Below are positions 1-10,388 of a stretch of DNA of 64,000 nucleotides, piece after piece (within the stretch, counting starts at the first letter, position 1; each line of letters opens with the position of its first letter). Under the pieces are notes generated by a model. It was not told the DNA's origin. It ran no database searches and saw only the letters and a program-made list of their open reading frames with translations. The DNA is taken from NCBI GenBank assembly GCA_963777315.1, contig CAVZQC010000002.1, positions 640,001 to 704,000 of the forward strand, written 5' to 3'. This stretch comes from Vulcanimicrobiota bacterium (GTDB lineage Bacteria > Vulcanimicrobiota > Vulcanimicrobiia > Vulcanimicrobiales > Vulcanimicrobiaceae). A program made the translations under genes and the position numbers.

Positions 1-119
1 TCGGCATTGCTGCGCCGCTGCAGACCGGAAAGATAGCTCAGCGTGAGCCATCCCGTGGCGAGCGCCAAAACGACGGCTATCGCTAAGGTCGTGCGACGCG
101 CGTGCAGTGTACCGACCAT
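1..119 (-). CDS. cpaB: Probable Flp pilus assembly protein CpaB, 5' end (runs off window)
   Basis: My translation: ATG at 119 after a GAGGAGG RBS gives MVGTLHARRTTLAIAVVLALATGWLTLSYLSG (basic residues plus TM helix, typical CpaB N-terminus); divergent from the Tad secretin. Only 39 codons visible. Confidence 0.55.
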   Translation of the reverse strand, partial: MVGTLHARRTTLAIAVVLALATGWLTLSYLSGLQRRSNA

Positions 120-359
120 AGCGCCTCCTCTGCGCGGATCTCCACCGTTTACGCCGCGGCTGGTGGGGAAGGCCGGTCGCGGCGTAAGCGGTTTATGTGT
201 CCTCTCGGTGGATGCATCATGCCATCGCTCGCCCGGTTTGCGCAAGACGAAACGCCGTGATTGTACGCTTTTATGACAGAACGTCTATTGCTTGTTGACG
301 TGTTAACGTATCCGCGCGTGGCATAATAGCAGCAAGGAACCGTTCGGAGGCATTCTTTT

Positions 360-1775
360 ATGCGGCTTCGGCTCGCTGTTTTGCTCGCTGCCTGCGTACT
401 GGCCGCTGCGGCCGGTGCGCCTCTACAGGTCCGCTGCGCCGAAACCGTGGCGCTGCTGGCAGTGCAGTCCGGACACTCGGTGCTGCTGCAGACGCCCGGA
501 CTTACCCGCGTTGCCGTGGGCGACGGCCGAATCGCGGGCGTTCTTCCGATCGGTACGTCACAGCTCGTGATCAACGCCAAAGCTCCGGGGCACACGACGG
601 TTTTCGTTTGGGAAAGCGGACGGCGCGCAACCTATGAGATCACGGTGAGCGAGCAGAGCATGGACGATCTCGCCCAGATGCTGCGCAGCTCGATCGACGA
701 GCCGTCCGTGCAGATCGTCAGCTTTCGCGACTCGGTCGTCGTGCGCGGCACCGTCGCGGACGGAGCGCACTTCACCGCGCTCGACGACGTGCTCAACCGG
801 TTCGAGCAATACGCGAAAAAGCAGAGCTACACGATCGTCAACGCGGTGACGGTCGCGCATCCATTGGGAGATCTGCAGCGCGATCTGGCCAGCCTTCCGG
901 GCGCGAACGACATCCGCGTCGATCCCGACGGCAAAGGCAACGTGATCGTCAGCGGGCACGTCCACGATTTGGTCACCGCGCAGGCGATCCTGGAGCGGGC
1001 CAAAGGCTTGGCCGGAGCATATCTCTCGGCGCAAGGCCAATTGCTCGATCGCATCAGCACCGACACGCACACGCAGATCGACATAAAGGTGTACGTTCTC
1101 GAAGTCGACCGCACGGCGCAAAAGAATTTGGGCGTACAGCTGCAATCGGCGGTGTTCCATCCGGACGGCACGTACTCGATTGCTTCGCCGCTCTTTCCGG
1201 TGGTCGAAAATCCCGGGCCGCCGGGTTCCGGTCTCAAAGTGGGCGCATTTTTCCGCACCGTAACGCTCGCGCCTACGCTCAATTTGCTCATTCAGCAGGG
1301 GCATGCGCGGGTGCTCTCGTCCCCCGACTTGGTGACCACTCCCGGAAACAAGGCAACGTTTCTCGTCGGCGGCCAAGTGCCGATTCCGTTCGCCACGGGG
1401 CTCGGACAAGTGAGCATTATCTACAAGGAATTCGGCGTGCAGCTCAACGTCACGCCGCAGCTGCTCGGCGACGGATCGGTAGAGGCGGACATCGAGCCGG
1501 ACATATCGGACCTCGATTTTCAAGACGGCGTCAATCAGAACGGCTTTTTGGTGCCGGCGCTCAAGGAGAGCCGGCTGGCAACCAACGTCATCACGCAGCC
1601 CGGTGAATCGATCATCATGGGCGGCATGGTACGGCACGTCGAGCAGCGCGTCTTGACCAAGCTGCCCGTGCTCAGCGACATACCGATTTTGGGCAAGCTC
1701 TTTACGTCGACCAGTTACCAAAACGATCGGTCGGATGTCGTGTTCATCATGACGCCGGAAGTGCTGACGCACTGA
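360..1775 (+). CDS. cpaC: Tad pilus secretin (CpaC/RcpA family) with BON-like middle region
   Basis: Signal peptide, pilus N-domain (RVAVGDGRIA...INAKAPGHTTVFVW), secretin motifs ATFLVGGQVPIP, YKEFGVQLNVTP, LPVLSDIPILGKLF. Confidence 0.92.
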   Translation: MRLRLAVLLAACVLAAAAGAPLQVRCAETVALLAVQSGHSVLLQTPGLTRVAVGDGRIAGVLPIGTSQLVINAKAPGHTTVFVWESGRRATYEITVSEQSMDDLAQMLRSSIDEPSVQIVSFRDSVVVRGTVADGAHFTALDDVLNRFEQYAKKQSYTIVNAVTVAHPLGDLQRDLASLPGANDIRVDPDGKGNVIVSGHVHDLVTAQAILERAKGLAGAYLSAQGQLLDRISTDTHTQIDIKVYVLEVDRTAQKNLGVQLQSAVFHPDGTYSIASPLFPVVENPGPPGSGLKVGAFFRTVTLAPTLNLLIQQGHARVLSSPDLVTTPGNKATFLVGGQVPIPFATGLGQVSIIYKEFGVQLNVTPQLLGDGSVEADIEPDISDLDFQDGVNQNGFLVPALKESRLATNVITQPGESIIMGGMVRHVEQRVLTKLPVLSDIPILGKLFTSTSYQNDRSDVVFIMTPEVLTH

Positions 1776-1963
1776 TGCTGCGCGCGGCTGCGGCGATGCT
1801 GTGCGACGAATCGGCGAGCACGCTGGTCGAATACGGCTTGATCGTGGCGCTGTGTTCGGCCGGCGCGACGATCGTGCTTCTCGGAATCGCGGCGAGCGCA
1901 AACGGCTTGCTCGCGAGCGTTTCGTCCAACATGCAGTCGTTCCAGACTGCGCCGCCGCCGTAG
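1775..1963 (+). CDS. flp: Flp family type IVb pilin
   Basis: 62 aa; DESASTLVEYGLIVAL Flp motif plus hydrophobic helix; TGATG overlap with the secretin. Confidence 0.88.
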   Translation: MLRAAAAMLCDESASTLVEYGLIVALCSAGATIVLLGIAASANGLLASVSSNMQSFQTAPPP

Positions 1964-1968
1964 CCTGC

Positions 1969-2925
1969 GTGCCCTGCGTCGCGACGCGCGGTGCCGCTTT
2001 GGTGGAAACTGCGCTCACTCTGGGCTTTACGATGCTGATGGTGCTCGGAGCGGTGCAGATCGCCGCGATGGGCTTTTATCAGATGGAGCTCGACGGTGCG
2101 ACCTTTTTCATGGCGCACAATTACTCGGCCGGCTCGACGAATCTGAGCAGCCTGGACGCAGCCCTCGCGCCGGTGTTCCCGAACGTCAAACTCAACTTTA
2201 CGCCGGCTCCCGCGAGCCCGCCGCTCACGAACGTTCCGGTGAATTTCACCCAATGGGGAAACCTGAAAAACCGATTCGGCGGCGCCTCGCTGCTTCGGCC
2301 GCAGCGCATACAAGTGTCCTCGTCGATGAACCTGAACTGGCTCTCGGTGCTGGGCAAAAGCGTCACGCTCAGCAGCGGCAGCGTCGATGGGAAATCGATG
2401 ATCGGCAATCACGACGACGACGCGCAGGGCGTCGCGTACGATTCGAGCGCGGCTTACAGCACGCTCGAAGAGCCGCTCACCGGCGACGATCAGAACGTGC
2501 CGCCGTACTACCTGAATTTGGCGTTCATTTGGTACTGCGGCGACGCGATTCCGTGGGGACCCACGTGTGCCAATCGCACGCTGCGGGCGCTGGGTCTTGG
2601 CGAGTACCTCAAAAACGACAACTACAAGGCGCTGCAGAACGGGGTCGGACCGGACGGAGTGTTTCAGACCGCCGCATGTCATCAGCGCATCTACGCCGAT
2701 TTGGCCGCCGCGTTTCCGGCGACGATGCCGGCGTATGCCTCAGGGGGCAACTACGACTGGGCCGGCGGTCCGTCGTCGGTGTCCGCCTGGAACGGAGCTT
2801 CGTTTAAACTGGTGTACGGCTGGGACTACATGCCGGTTCGCGGCGAAAACGGCAGCTCGACGCCGGGGCGATTGTATCCGGTGAACGTGACGTCGGGATG
2901 CGGGGCGGGCGCACCGGGCGCATGA
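1969..2925 (+). CDS. Large TadE/TadG-like minor pilin
   Basis: GTG 5 nt after the flp stop; RG|AALVE prepilin motif, TM helix, then ~270 aa extracellular domain. Confidence 0.75.
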   Translation: MPCVATRGAALVETALTLGFTMLMVLGAVQIAAMGFYQMELDGATFFMAHNYSAGSTNLSSLDAALAPVFPNVKLNFTPAPASPPLTNVPVNFTQWGNLKNRFGGASLLRPQRIQVSSSMNLNWLSVLGKSVTLSSGSVDGKSMIGNHDDDAQGVAYDSSAAYSTLEEPLTGDDQNVPPYYLNLAFIWYCGDAIPWGPTCANRTLRALGLGEYLKNDNYKALQNGVGPDGVFQTAACHQRIYADLAAAFPATMPAYASGGNYDWAGGPSSVSAWNGASFKLVYGWDYMPVRGENGSSTPGRLYPVNVTSGCGAGAPGA

Positions 2926-3974
2926 ACCATTCGCAGCGCGGGCAGACGCTGCCCATCTGGGCATTCGGTTCGCTTACCACTCTCGTGCTGCTGGCAATGG
3001 CTCTGAGCTTCGGCTCGACGCTGCGCTGGCAGATGCGGGCGCAGAACGCAGCGGATGCGGCGGCGCGCGGCATGCTGACCGTGCAAACGTCGCAGTGGAA
3101 TGAAACGATCGCGCAGCTGCACGCAGCCGCGGTCGAGGAATATCGCATTCGCTACATCATCAACGATTTGCTCGAGGTAATTTCCGGCAGCGGCGGCTGC
3201 GACTCCAAGCCCGGCGACGAGGGACCTGCCACGTGCACGGCGATCTATGCCTCGCTGCGGCAGAATTATCTGGACGCGCTCACGCGCTATACGAACGACA
3301 TAGCGCTGCTTCATCGCATCAGCTATCCGAGCCAGGAAGATCAAGTCGAAGCGATTGCGGCCGCGCTCACGCTCTATCAGCAAAATTGCGGAAAACCCAA
3401 CGGCGGCGACTGCGCGTTCAATTATTCGCTCGTGGGCTACCAGCCGCGTGCCGACAGTTACGTCGAAGACGTATACTCGGATTGCTGCGCCTTTGCCGTG
3501 GGCGGCGGAACGTCGGTCACGCCAAAACCGGATCTTTCACCGCTCGAATTGGAGATCGTGGCGTGCGCGAACGTGCAGCCGCTGCTTGGCTCGTTCTTCA
3601 AATTCACTCCGCAGACGTATCAAGCCGTCGGACGGGCCGCGGCAACGAGCATCATGAGCACGCAAGAGTTCATGTACGTGGGTTCGATTAACAATCCGGT
3701 TTCGGGGCAAGTGTTTCAGCCGTCGGAGTATCCCGATAGCACTGCCGGTACCTCCGTGTTCGGCAACGGCGATCCCAACTATCGCATCGATTTCGGCGGC
3801 AACCCGGACAACCCGTACAATCAAGGAAACCCGGCGGTTTCCGACGGCAAGTGGGGCTTTACGTACACGCCGCGCGATCAAGGCATTCTGGAAGCAACGG
3901 GATGGTGGCAAGCAATGGCGATCAAGCCGTTCTCCGGTCAACTCAGCAGCGGAACGAGCTTCACGTGCAAATAG
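2922..3974 (+). CDS. TadG-like pilus protein (Tad domain), Cys-rich
   Basis: ATGA overlap; QRG|QTLPI, TM, then RAQNAADAAA Tad-domain signature. Confidence 0.82.
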   Translation: MNHSQRGQTLPIWAFGSLTTLVLLAMALSFGSTLRWQMRAQNAADAAARGMLTVQTSQWNETIAQLHAAAVEEYRIRYIINDLLEVISGSGGCDSKPGDEGPATCTAIYASLRQNYLDALTRYTNDIALLHRISYPSQEDQVEAIAAALTLYQQNCGKPNGGDCAFNYSLVGYQPRADSYVEDVYSDCCAFAVGGGTSVTPKPDLSPLELEIVACANVQPLLGSFFKFTPQTYQAVGRAAATSIMSTQEFMYVGSINNPVSGQVFQPSEYPDSTAGTSVFGNGDPNYRIDFGGNPDNPYNQGNPAVSDGKWGFTYTPRDQGILEATGWWQAMAIKPFSGQLSSGTSFTCK

Positions 3975-4621
3975 CCGCTGCGAACGCACAGCGCGGCGTG
4001 GCGATGATCGAGAGCGCGATTTTTCTGCCGCTCTTCTTACTGCTGCTCTTCGGCGTGATTTGGGCCGTGCAGTCCAGCGTGCAGAACGAGCGCGTCCAAA
4101 TCGCCGTTCGGTACAGCGGACTGGTTTCGAATGAAGCTGCGCCGTACGTCGGATACAGCACCTATGCGCTGTATAATGCGATCCGCTCGCCTTCGGTAAG
4201 CACCGCGTGCACGGCGCCGACCAGCGACGCGCTGACCAATTCGAACACCTTTCCCGGTCCTACCGCTCCTGCGTTTTGGTCGCCCGCCGGCACCACGAAC
4301 GGTACGTGCACCAAAGGCACCGCGGTGCTTTCCGGAGGCCAGCTGGATTCGCCGGTGCTGTTTTCGCAGACTTCGAGCAACATCTCGACGCAGGTGACGG
4401 TGCCCGGGCCGATGCAGGGTTCGCTCGGCTCCAATACGCAAACGCTCACCGCAAGCGAAAACTTCTTCGACACCCCGGACATCGGCACGCTGATGAGCTG
4501 CTATCCCGAACTCGACACGGCGGTCGGCGCTTCGCTGCAAAACACCGCGCAAAACGCGGTAACCGCTCCCACGCCTTTACCGGACTCCCCGGCAACCGAC
4601 GCACTCAAGGAGAGCTGCTGA
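3965..4621 (+). CDS. TadE-like minor pilin
   Basis: QRG|VAMIESAIFLPLFLLLLFGVI is a canonical TadE motif; GTG start inferred. Confidence 0.82.
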   Translation: MQIAAANAQRGVAMIESAIFLPLFLLLLFGVIWAVQSSVQNERVQIAVRYSGLVSNEAAPYVGYSTYALYNAIRSPSVSTACTAPTSDALTNSNTFPGPTAPAFWSPAGTTNGTCTKGTAVLSGGQLDSPVLFSQTSSNISTQVTVPGPMQGSLGSNTQTLTASENFFDTPDIGTLMSCYPELDTAVGASLQNTAQNAVTAPTPLPDSPATDALKESC

Positions 4622-5983
4622 TGGACGCTCTAGCGCTCGCGCAACGGCTCCCGCAGCGCGTACAGCCGTACGGCACGCGCGCCCGGCTAAAAGCTGCAAG
4701 CGGCGACGTCGAAGGGCACCTCGCCCTCGCGGGGTACGACAAGCGCGCGGGGACCGCCAATTACGCGCTTCGGATCGTCAACCAGAGCAGTCTTTGCCTG
4801 CGTGCTCGAATGACGTGCGCCAAGCTGCGCGGCGAGCCGGTTCCCGCGTATCCGCTCGACGTTCGAGTCGCGCCGTTTTCCATATCGGAAACGCTGCTTC
4901 CGGTGCGCGCGGCGGACGTTGGCCCGTATGACCGTGCGATCGTGCAGATTGCCGGAGACGACGTTGCGTTTTCGCTCGAAGCGCCGGCGCCGGCGAAAAT
5001 TCCCGCGCGTTCGCGCTGGTCTGCTGCGGTGGCGGCCGCAATTGCACTGACTGCCGGAGTGTCGTTTGCCGCCGCAGTCTGCGAGCCCGCGAATACAAGC
5101 GATGGCCGCGCCGGCGCGCATCTTCCCGGGAAGCGCGCTCGACGTGCCTTACGCATTTGCCGGTTGGGCGACGATGCGGTATGCGCTCACGACCGCCGAT
5201 GGACGCCAGCTCTTTGCCGGTCTGGTGTCGGCGCATCAGGGAACGCTGCATTTCACGCTACCGGCCGGCGCAGGAGGCGACGTCGTGCTTTCCGCTCGCG
5301 TGGACGGTCCGCTCGGCTCGCTCGCGGTCGCGCGCCGGATTGCCGTTGCGCCTGCCGCCGTGCGCGCCGCGCGAAAGACCGCGCAGCTTCCCGCTCCCCG
5401 CATCAGCGAATTCGCGCTGGTGACGCAAGCAGTTCGCGCGAAAAGCGATCTCACGTTCGCGTACGCTACCAATGCGCGCGATGGAGAGATATGGCTGTTC
5501 GGCGCCGATGGGCGCCTGTGGGCGAGCGCGCCGATGAACCAGGACGGCGCGACCACGATCGCCGTGCCGCAAGGCGCGGCAGGACGCCGGCTGCGCGCGG
5601 TGCTGCACGCGCGAATCGGCGGCGCCGACACGCTGGCGAGCCTAGGCTTCACGGTGCTTCCGGCGGCTGTGCCGCCGAAAGTCGAAAGCGTTCACGCTGC
5701 CGGGGCAAAAACGCAGCCGCCGGCCCTGCGTCTTTCAACGCAATCCGCTGCGCCGGGCGAAACGGTGACCGTCGGCATCTCTGGCAAACACGGCGACGCG
5801 CGCGTTTCGGTGACCGACGCTGCAGGCAACACGATCGAGCAGGGCGACATTCCTTCGGGCCAAAACGCGATCACGATCGACGCGCCCGGCGTCAGCTCGC
5901 CCAAAACGTATTACGTGACGGCGGACGTCACGCAGGGGATCGGCGTGCAAACGTTCGTGCGCAAACTGCGCGTCGTTCCCTAG
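4621..5983 (+). CDS. Membrane-anchored hypothetical protein ending the Tad operon (one +1 frameshift near 5078)
   Basis: TGATG overlap; frame 1 MDALALAQ... through a TM helix continues in the +1 frame (ASPRIQAMAAP...RKLRVVP); beta-rich C-terminal part. Confidence 0.7.
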
Positions 5984-5985
5984 CG

Positions 5986-7212
5986 CTACGCCCTCAGCGC
6001 GTGCCATAGCTGCGAGAGCTTCGGCGGCCGCCCGTACAGCAGCATGCCGATGCGGTAAATCTTTCCACCCAGCACGGCGATGGCCCAAATTGCCGCGAGG
6101 TTGATCGCCAGAGACGCAACGATTTGCCACAGCGGCACGCTGCTCACCACGATGCGCGCGAACATGACGAACGGCGCGATGAGCGGGATGAAGCTCGTGA
6201 CGATCACGAACGGCGCGTCGGGGACTTGCAACGCCGTAACGGCGATCAGCAAAGCGGCGATGACCGGGATGAAGAACGGGCCGCCGATGCTGCCGATGTC
6301 CTCCGTTCGGTTGATCAGCGAGCCGATTGCGGCAAACATCGTGGCCATTTGCAGATAGCCGATCATGAAGAACACCACGAAGCCCACGATGTCGGCCGGC
6401 GAAATGCCGCTCAGCGAAAAAGCGTTCGAGTCCGTGGATCCGGGATTGATGCTGCCGGTTGCGCCGGGTCCGTGCGTCCCCACGATGAAGCCGATCGCGA
6501 CCCAGAGTGCCATCTGCAGAATCGCTAAGCTTGCCGATGCCGCGATCTTGCCTGCCAGCAGCGAGCTGGGACGCACCGATGCCACGAGCAGCTCGGCGAT
6601 CCGGCTGGTTTTTTCCTCGGCGACCGAGGTCATGATGAGCTGGCTGTTGAGAACGATCAGCAGGTACAACAGAAAGATCAGCACGTTTGCAACGACGCGC
6701 GCTTGATCGGCCTGCGCCGCGGTGCCGAATTTGGAGGAAAGCGGTTTGACGTCGATCGGCATCGTCAGCAGCCGATCGACTTGCCGGGCTGAAAGGTTCA
6801 TCGAAAAGCCGACGTGCAGCGCGAGCAGATCGCGCCGGACCTCGCTCACGCTCAACGAGCCGGGATCTTTGGTGTAAACCGACACGCTCAGGCCGCGAGC
6901 CGAGCGAACGAGTACGATCACCGCCGAGGCGTTCTGGTGCGACTGCAAATCGGCGGGGGTCGGATGCACGAGGCCCGGCATGGTCGCGACGATGTTGTAG
7001 TCTTTTTGCAGCATCGGTTTGGCGCGATTCACCAGCGCCGGGTCGCCCGCTAGAACGACGCGATAGGATTGGGACGCGAAGGATTCCATCAAAACGGGCA
7101 GCCGCAGCATGAGCACTATGCCTAAGGCGCCCACGACCAGCCCGATGATGAAGGCGCGCGAACGAAGCCGGCGCATCACTTCGGCGGAGTAAACGGTGAC
7201 GAACGCGTTCAC
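5986..7212 (-). CDS. ABC-2 type exporter permease (NatB-like)
   Basis: GTGA overlap with the ATPase; SVAEEKTSRIAELLVAS motif; multiple TM helices. Confidence 0.9.
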   Translation of the reverse strand: MNAFVTVYSAEVMRRLRSRAFIIGLVVGALGIVLMLRLPVLMESFASQSYRVVLAGDPALVNRAKPMLQKDYNIVATMPGLVHPTPADLQSHQNASAVIVLVRSARGLSVSVYTKDPGSLSVSEVRRDLLALHVGFSMNLSARQVDRLLTMPIDVKPLSSKFGTAAQADQARVVANVLIFLLYLLIVLNSQLIMTSVAEEKTSRIAELLVASVRPSSLLAGKIAASASLAILQMALWVAIGFIVGTHGPGATGSINPGSTDSNAFSLSGISPADIVGFVVFFMIGYLQMATMFAAIGSLINRTEDIGSIGGPFFIPVIAALLIAVTALQVPDAPFVIVTSFIPLIAPFVMFARIVVSSVPLWQIVASLAINLAAIWAIAVLGGKIYRIGMLLYGRPPKLSQLWHALRA

Positions 7213-8108
7213 GTTGACTGCTCGATCGTGCGGATGTAGATGTCGTGCAGTGAGGGCTCTATCGACTCGAAACGCGTGATCGCATCGGCATCGATCAATT
7301 CGCGCAACAGGGCCGGCAGCGGCGTGCCGGCCGGAACTTCGTAATACAGCGCACCGTTGTCGCTGGGCAGCGCGCGAGTCTGTGGCACGCCTTCGAGCAC
7401 GAGCCTGACGGCGCCGGAGTGCGGCTCGACCTTGATCACCCGAGTCGGCCATGCGGCGCGCAGCTGGGCGAGCGTTCCGGCCGCGCGGTTGCGTCCGGCG
7501 GTGATGATGCAGAACTCATCGCAAAGCTGCTCGAGCTGCCACATTTGATGGCTCGAGAGCACCAGCGCGGTCCCACGCTTGCGAAGTTCTTCCAGCGTGT
7601 GCAGCAAAGCATCGGCGTTGACGGGATCGAGCCCCGAAAACGGTTCGTCCAGGATCAGCAGTTCCGGATCGTGGACCGCGGCGCACGCCACCTGCACCTT
7701 CTGCTGGTTGCCTTTGGAAAGCTCCGCGCACGGTCTGGAGGCATAGCTTTGCAGCCCGAGCTTTTCTATCCAGCCGTCCGCCCGAGTTCCGGCGTCGGGT
7801 TCGGTCAAACCGTGGAGGCGTCCGAAATAAACGATTTGGTCGCGGACCTGCATCTTGCCGTAGAGGCCGCGCTCTTCGGGCAAATACCCGAATCTGCGGC
7901 GCACGCGATCGGTGATCGGTAAGCCGTCCCACGTTACGCGGCCGCCGTCGGGAGCATAGATTCCCACGATCATGCGCATCGTCGTGGTTTTTCCGGCGCC
8001 GTTGGGGCCGAGCAAGCCGAACGTGTGCCCGCGGTCGATGCGGAACGACACGTCGCTCACGGCGCGGACGGCGCCGAAATCTTTGCCAACGCGATCGACC
8101 TCGAGCAT
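7209..8108 (-). CDS. ABC transporter ATP-binding protein
   Basis: GPNGAGKT, LSKGNQQK, LILDEPFSGLDP. Confidence 0.95.
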   Translation of the reverse strand: MLEVDRVGKDFGAVRAVSDVSFRIDRGHTFGLLGPNGAGKTTTMRMIVGIYAPDGGRVTWDGLPITDRVRRRFGYLPEERGLYGKMQVRDQIVYFGRLHGLTEPDAGTRADGWIEKLGLQSYASRPCAELSKGNQQKVQVACAAVHDPELLILDEPFSGLDPVNADALLHTLEELRKRGTALVLSSHQMWQLEQLCDEFCIITAGRNRAAGTLAQLRAAWPTRVIKVEPHSGAVRLVLEGVPQTRALPSDNGALYYEVPAGTPLPALLRELIDADAITRFESIEPSLHDIYIRTIEQST

Positions 8109-8138
8109 GGATCGACGGTTATGCCGCGGCAGCGACGA

Positions 8139-9536
8139 TCAAGACGTCTGCAGATCCGATATCCACGATTGCACCGCGTCGGGCGCGGACGGCAGAATGG
8201 CGGAAAGGTTGTCGTGGCCGCCGCCGGTGACCAGAACGTCGTCTTCGATCCGCACGCCGATTCCGCGGAAACGCTCGGGAACGGTCGCATCGTCCGGCTG
8301 AAAGTAAAGCCCCGGTTCGACCGTGAGAACCATGCCGGTGCGCAGCTTGCCGTAACGGTACGTTTCACTTCGCGCTTTCGCGCAGTCGTGCACGTCGAGC
8401 CCGAGCATATGACTGACGTTATGAAGCGTATAGCGCTTGTGATACTGCTTTTGCGGATCCAGCGCTTCGTCGAGCGAGCACCGCAATACCCCAAGATCGA
8501 TCAACCCCTGCGCAAGCACGCGCATCGCGGCCCGATTGGGTTCCAAAAATTCGTTGCCCGGACGCACCTGAGCGAATGCGGCGCGCTGCGACTCGTAGAC
8601 CAGCTCGTACAAAGCGCGTTGTTCGCCGCTGAAGGTTCCGGAAATCGGCAGCGTGCGCGTGATATCGGCCGTGTACAGCGATTCGGCTTCCACGCCCGCA
8701 TCCAGCAGCAGCAAGTCACCTGCATGAAGTTCGCCCCCGTTGTGGTTCCAATGCAGTGTGCAGGCATGCGTTCCGGCTGCGGCTATGGTCAAATATCCTA
8801 CGTCGTGGGCTTCGATGCGCGCGCGGCTCCAGAAGGCGGCCTCGATCTCGCGTTCCGATCGTGCGCGCCCAAGAATACGGATGACGTCTTCAAACGCGCG
8901 TTTGGTGATCTCCACGCAACGGCGAAGTTCGGCGATTTCGTAGTCGTCTTTGATCAAACGCATTTCCGCCAGATGCGCGGCCAGTTCGGCATCTTCGTCG
9001 ACCGCACGCACGGTGCAGCCGCGAATGCGCAGATCTTCCAGATACTGCTCGATCTCGCCGATCGGCCGGCATGCCTCGACCCCGAAGTACAGCTGGCTTT
9101 CGTCCACGCCGCGATGGCGGCCGACCCAAAGTTCGCCGTGCACGCGGTCGGTGAAAAATTCCGCTTGACCGCGGTTGTGCGGCGGCACGAACAAGATTGC
9201 GCGATGCCCGCCGTCGTGCGGCTCGAGCACGAGCAATCCGGCAGGCTCGCCGGGGCCGACCAGATACGCAAAATCGCTCGACGGGCGAAACCGGAAATTC
9301 GTGTCGTTCGCGCGCACCTTTTCCGTCCCGGACGCTACGAGCACGTGCGTGCCGGGAAACGCTTGCGACAGCGCGCGCCTGCGTTCTTTGAAGCGAGCGC
9401 TCTGCGGCGCAGTCGCCACGGTAATCGGCGCGTCCATCCATCCCGTCGACATGAATTCAACCAATGCGGGAGGCGGATCGGTATCGTAGTTCGTCTTGGG
9501 CGGGGCCGGCTGCGGCGGCGTGCTGCGAATGTCCAT
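8139..9536 (-). CDS. pepP: Xaa-Pro aminopeptidase (M24B)
   Basis: RANDTNFRFRPSSDF N-domain; YTADITRT, HMLGLDVHD, TVEPGLYF, GVRIEDD. Confidence 0.92.
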   Translation of the reverse strand: MDIRSTPPQPAPPKTNYDTDPPPALVEFMSTGWMDAPITVATAPQSARFKERRRALSQAFPGTHVLVASGTEKVRANDTNFRFRPSSDFAYLVGPGEPAGLLVLEPHDGGHRAILFVPPHNRGQAEFFTDRVHGELWVGRHRGVDESQLYFGVEACRPIGEIEQYLEDLRIRGCTVRAVDEDAELAAHLAEMRLIKDDYEIAELRRCVEITKRAFEDVIRILGRARSEREIEAAFWSRARIEAHDVGYLTIAAAGTHACTLHWNHNGGELHAGDLLLLDAGVEAESLYTADITRTLPISGTFSGEQRALYELVYESQRAAFAQVRPGNEFLEPNRAAMRVLAQGLIDLGVLRCSLDEALDPQKQYHKRYTLHNVSHMLGLDVHDCAKARSETYRYGKLRTGMVLTVEPGLYFQPDDATVPERFRGIGVRIEDDVLVTGGGHDNLSAILPSAPDAVQSWISDLQTS

Positions 9537-9539
9537 GCC

Positions 9540-10388
9540 CTATGTTTCTACGTCGAGTCCCAAATCCAGCGCCGGAGCGCTGTGGGTGATCCAGCCCGAT
9601 GAAATCAGATCTACGCCCGCGGCCGCCACGCTCGCGACGCTCTCTTCCGAGATGCCCCCCGAGGCCTCGCTGATCGCGCGTCCGCCGATCATCCGTACCG
9701 CCTGCGCAAGCCGTTCGGGCGGCATGTTGTCCAGGAGCACGGCGTCGATCCGCGTTTCCAGGGCTTGGGCCAGCTGATCGAGCGTATCGACCTCCACTTC
9801 GATCTTCACCATGTGGCCGGCACGTTCGCGCGCGGACTGCACCGCTGCGGCGATCGAACCCGACAGCGCGAGATGATTGTCTTTGATCAGAACGCCGTCG
9901 TCCAAACCGAACCGGTGATTGGCGCCGCCGCCGCAGCGCACGGCATATTTTTCCAGCGCGCGCAAGCCCGGCGTCGTCTTGCGAGTGCAGACGATTTGCG
10001 CGCGGTACGGCGCAACTAAGTCCACCAAGCGCCGTGTCGCAGTCGCGATTCCGGACAGCCGGCACATGAGATTGAGCGCGGTGCGTTCGCCGGTAAGCAG
10101 CGCTTGCGCGCTGCTCGATATCGTGGATATGGTCTGCTGCGGCTGTACGCGGTCGCCGTCGCGCACGTGATTGCGAATCTTCGCGCCCGGATCGAGCAGT
10201 TCGAACGTTATGCGGGCGGCGTCGATTCCCGCGACGATTCCGCCGGTCCGCGCGACGATTCGGCCGGTCGCGCGCAGGTCCGAGGGCACGATTGCCTCCG
10301 TGGTGAGATCGCCGCCGTGACCGATGTCTTCCAGCAGCGCGTTTCGCACGATCGGCTCGAACACGAGCCGGTGAGGACTGCTATGCAA
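9540..10388 (-). CDS. nadC: Nicotinate-nucleotide pyrophosphorylase
   Basis: CTRKTTPG, HRFGLDD, LIKDNH, EVEVD, LLDNM; TTG start overlapping nadB is inferred. Confidence 0.95.
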   Translation of the reverse strand: MHSSPHRLVFEPIVRNALLEDIGHGGDLTTEAIVPSDLRATGRIVARTGGIVAGIDAARITFELLDPGAKIRNHVRDGDRVQPQQTISTISSSAQALLTGERTALNLMCRLSGIATATRRLVDLVAPYRAQIVCTRKTTPGLRALEKYAVRCGGGANHRFGLDDGVLIKDNHLALSGSIAAAVQSARERAGHMVKIEVEVDTLDQLAQALETRIDAVLLDNMPPERLAQAVRMIGGRAISEASGGISEESVASVAAAGVDLISSGWITHSAPALDLGLDVET

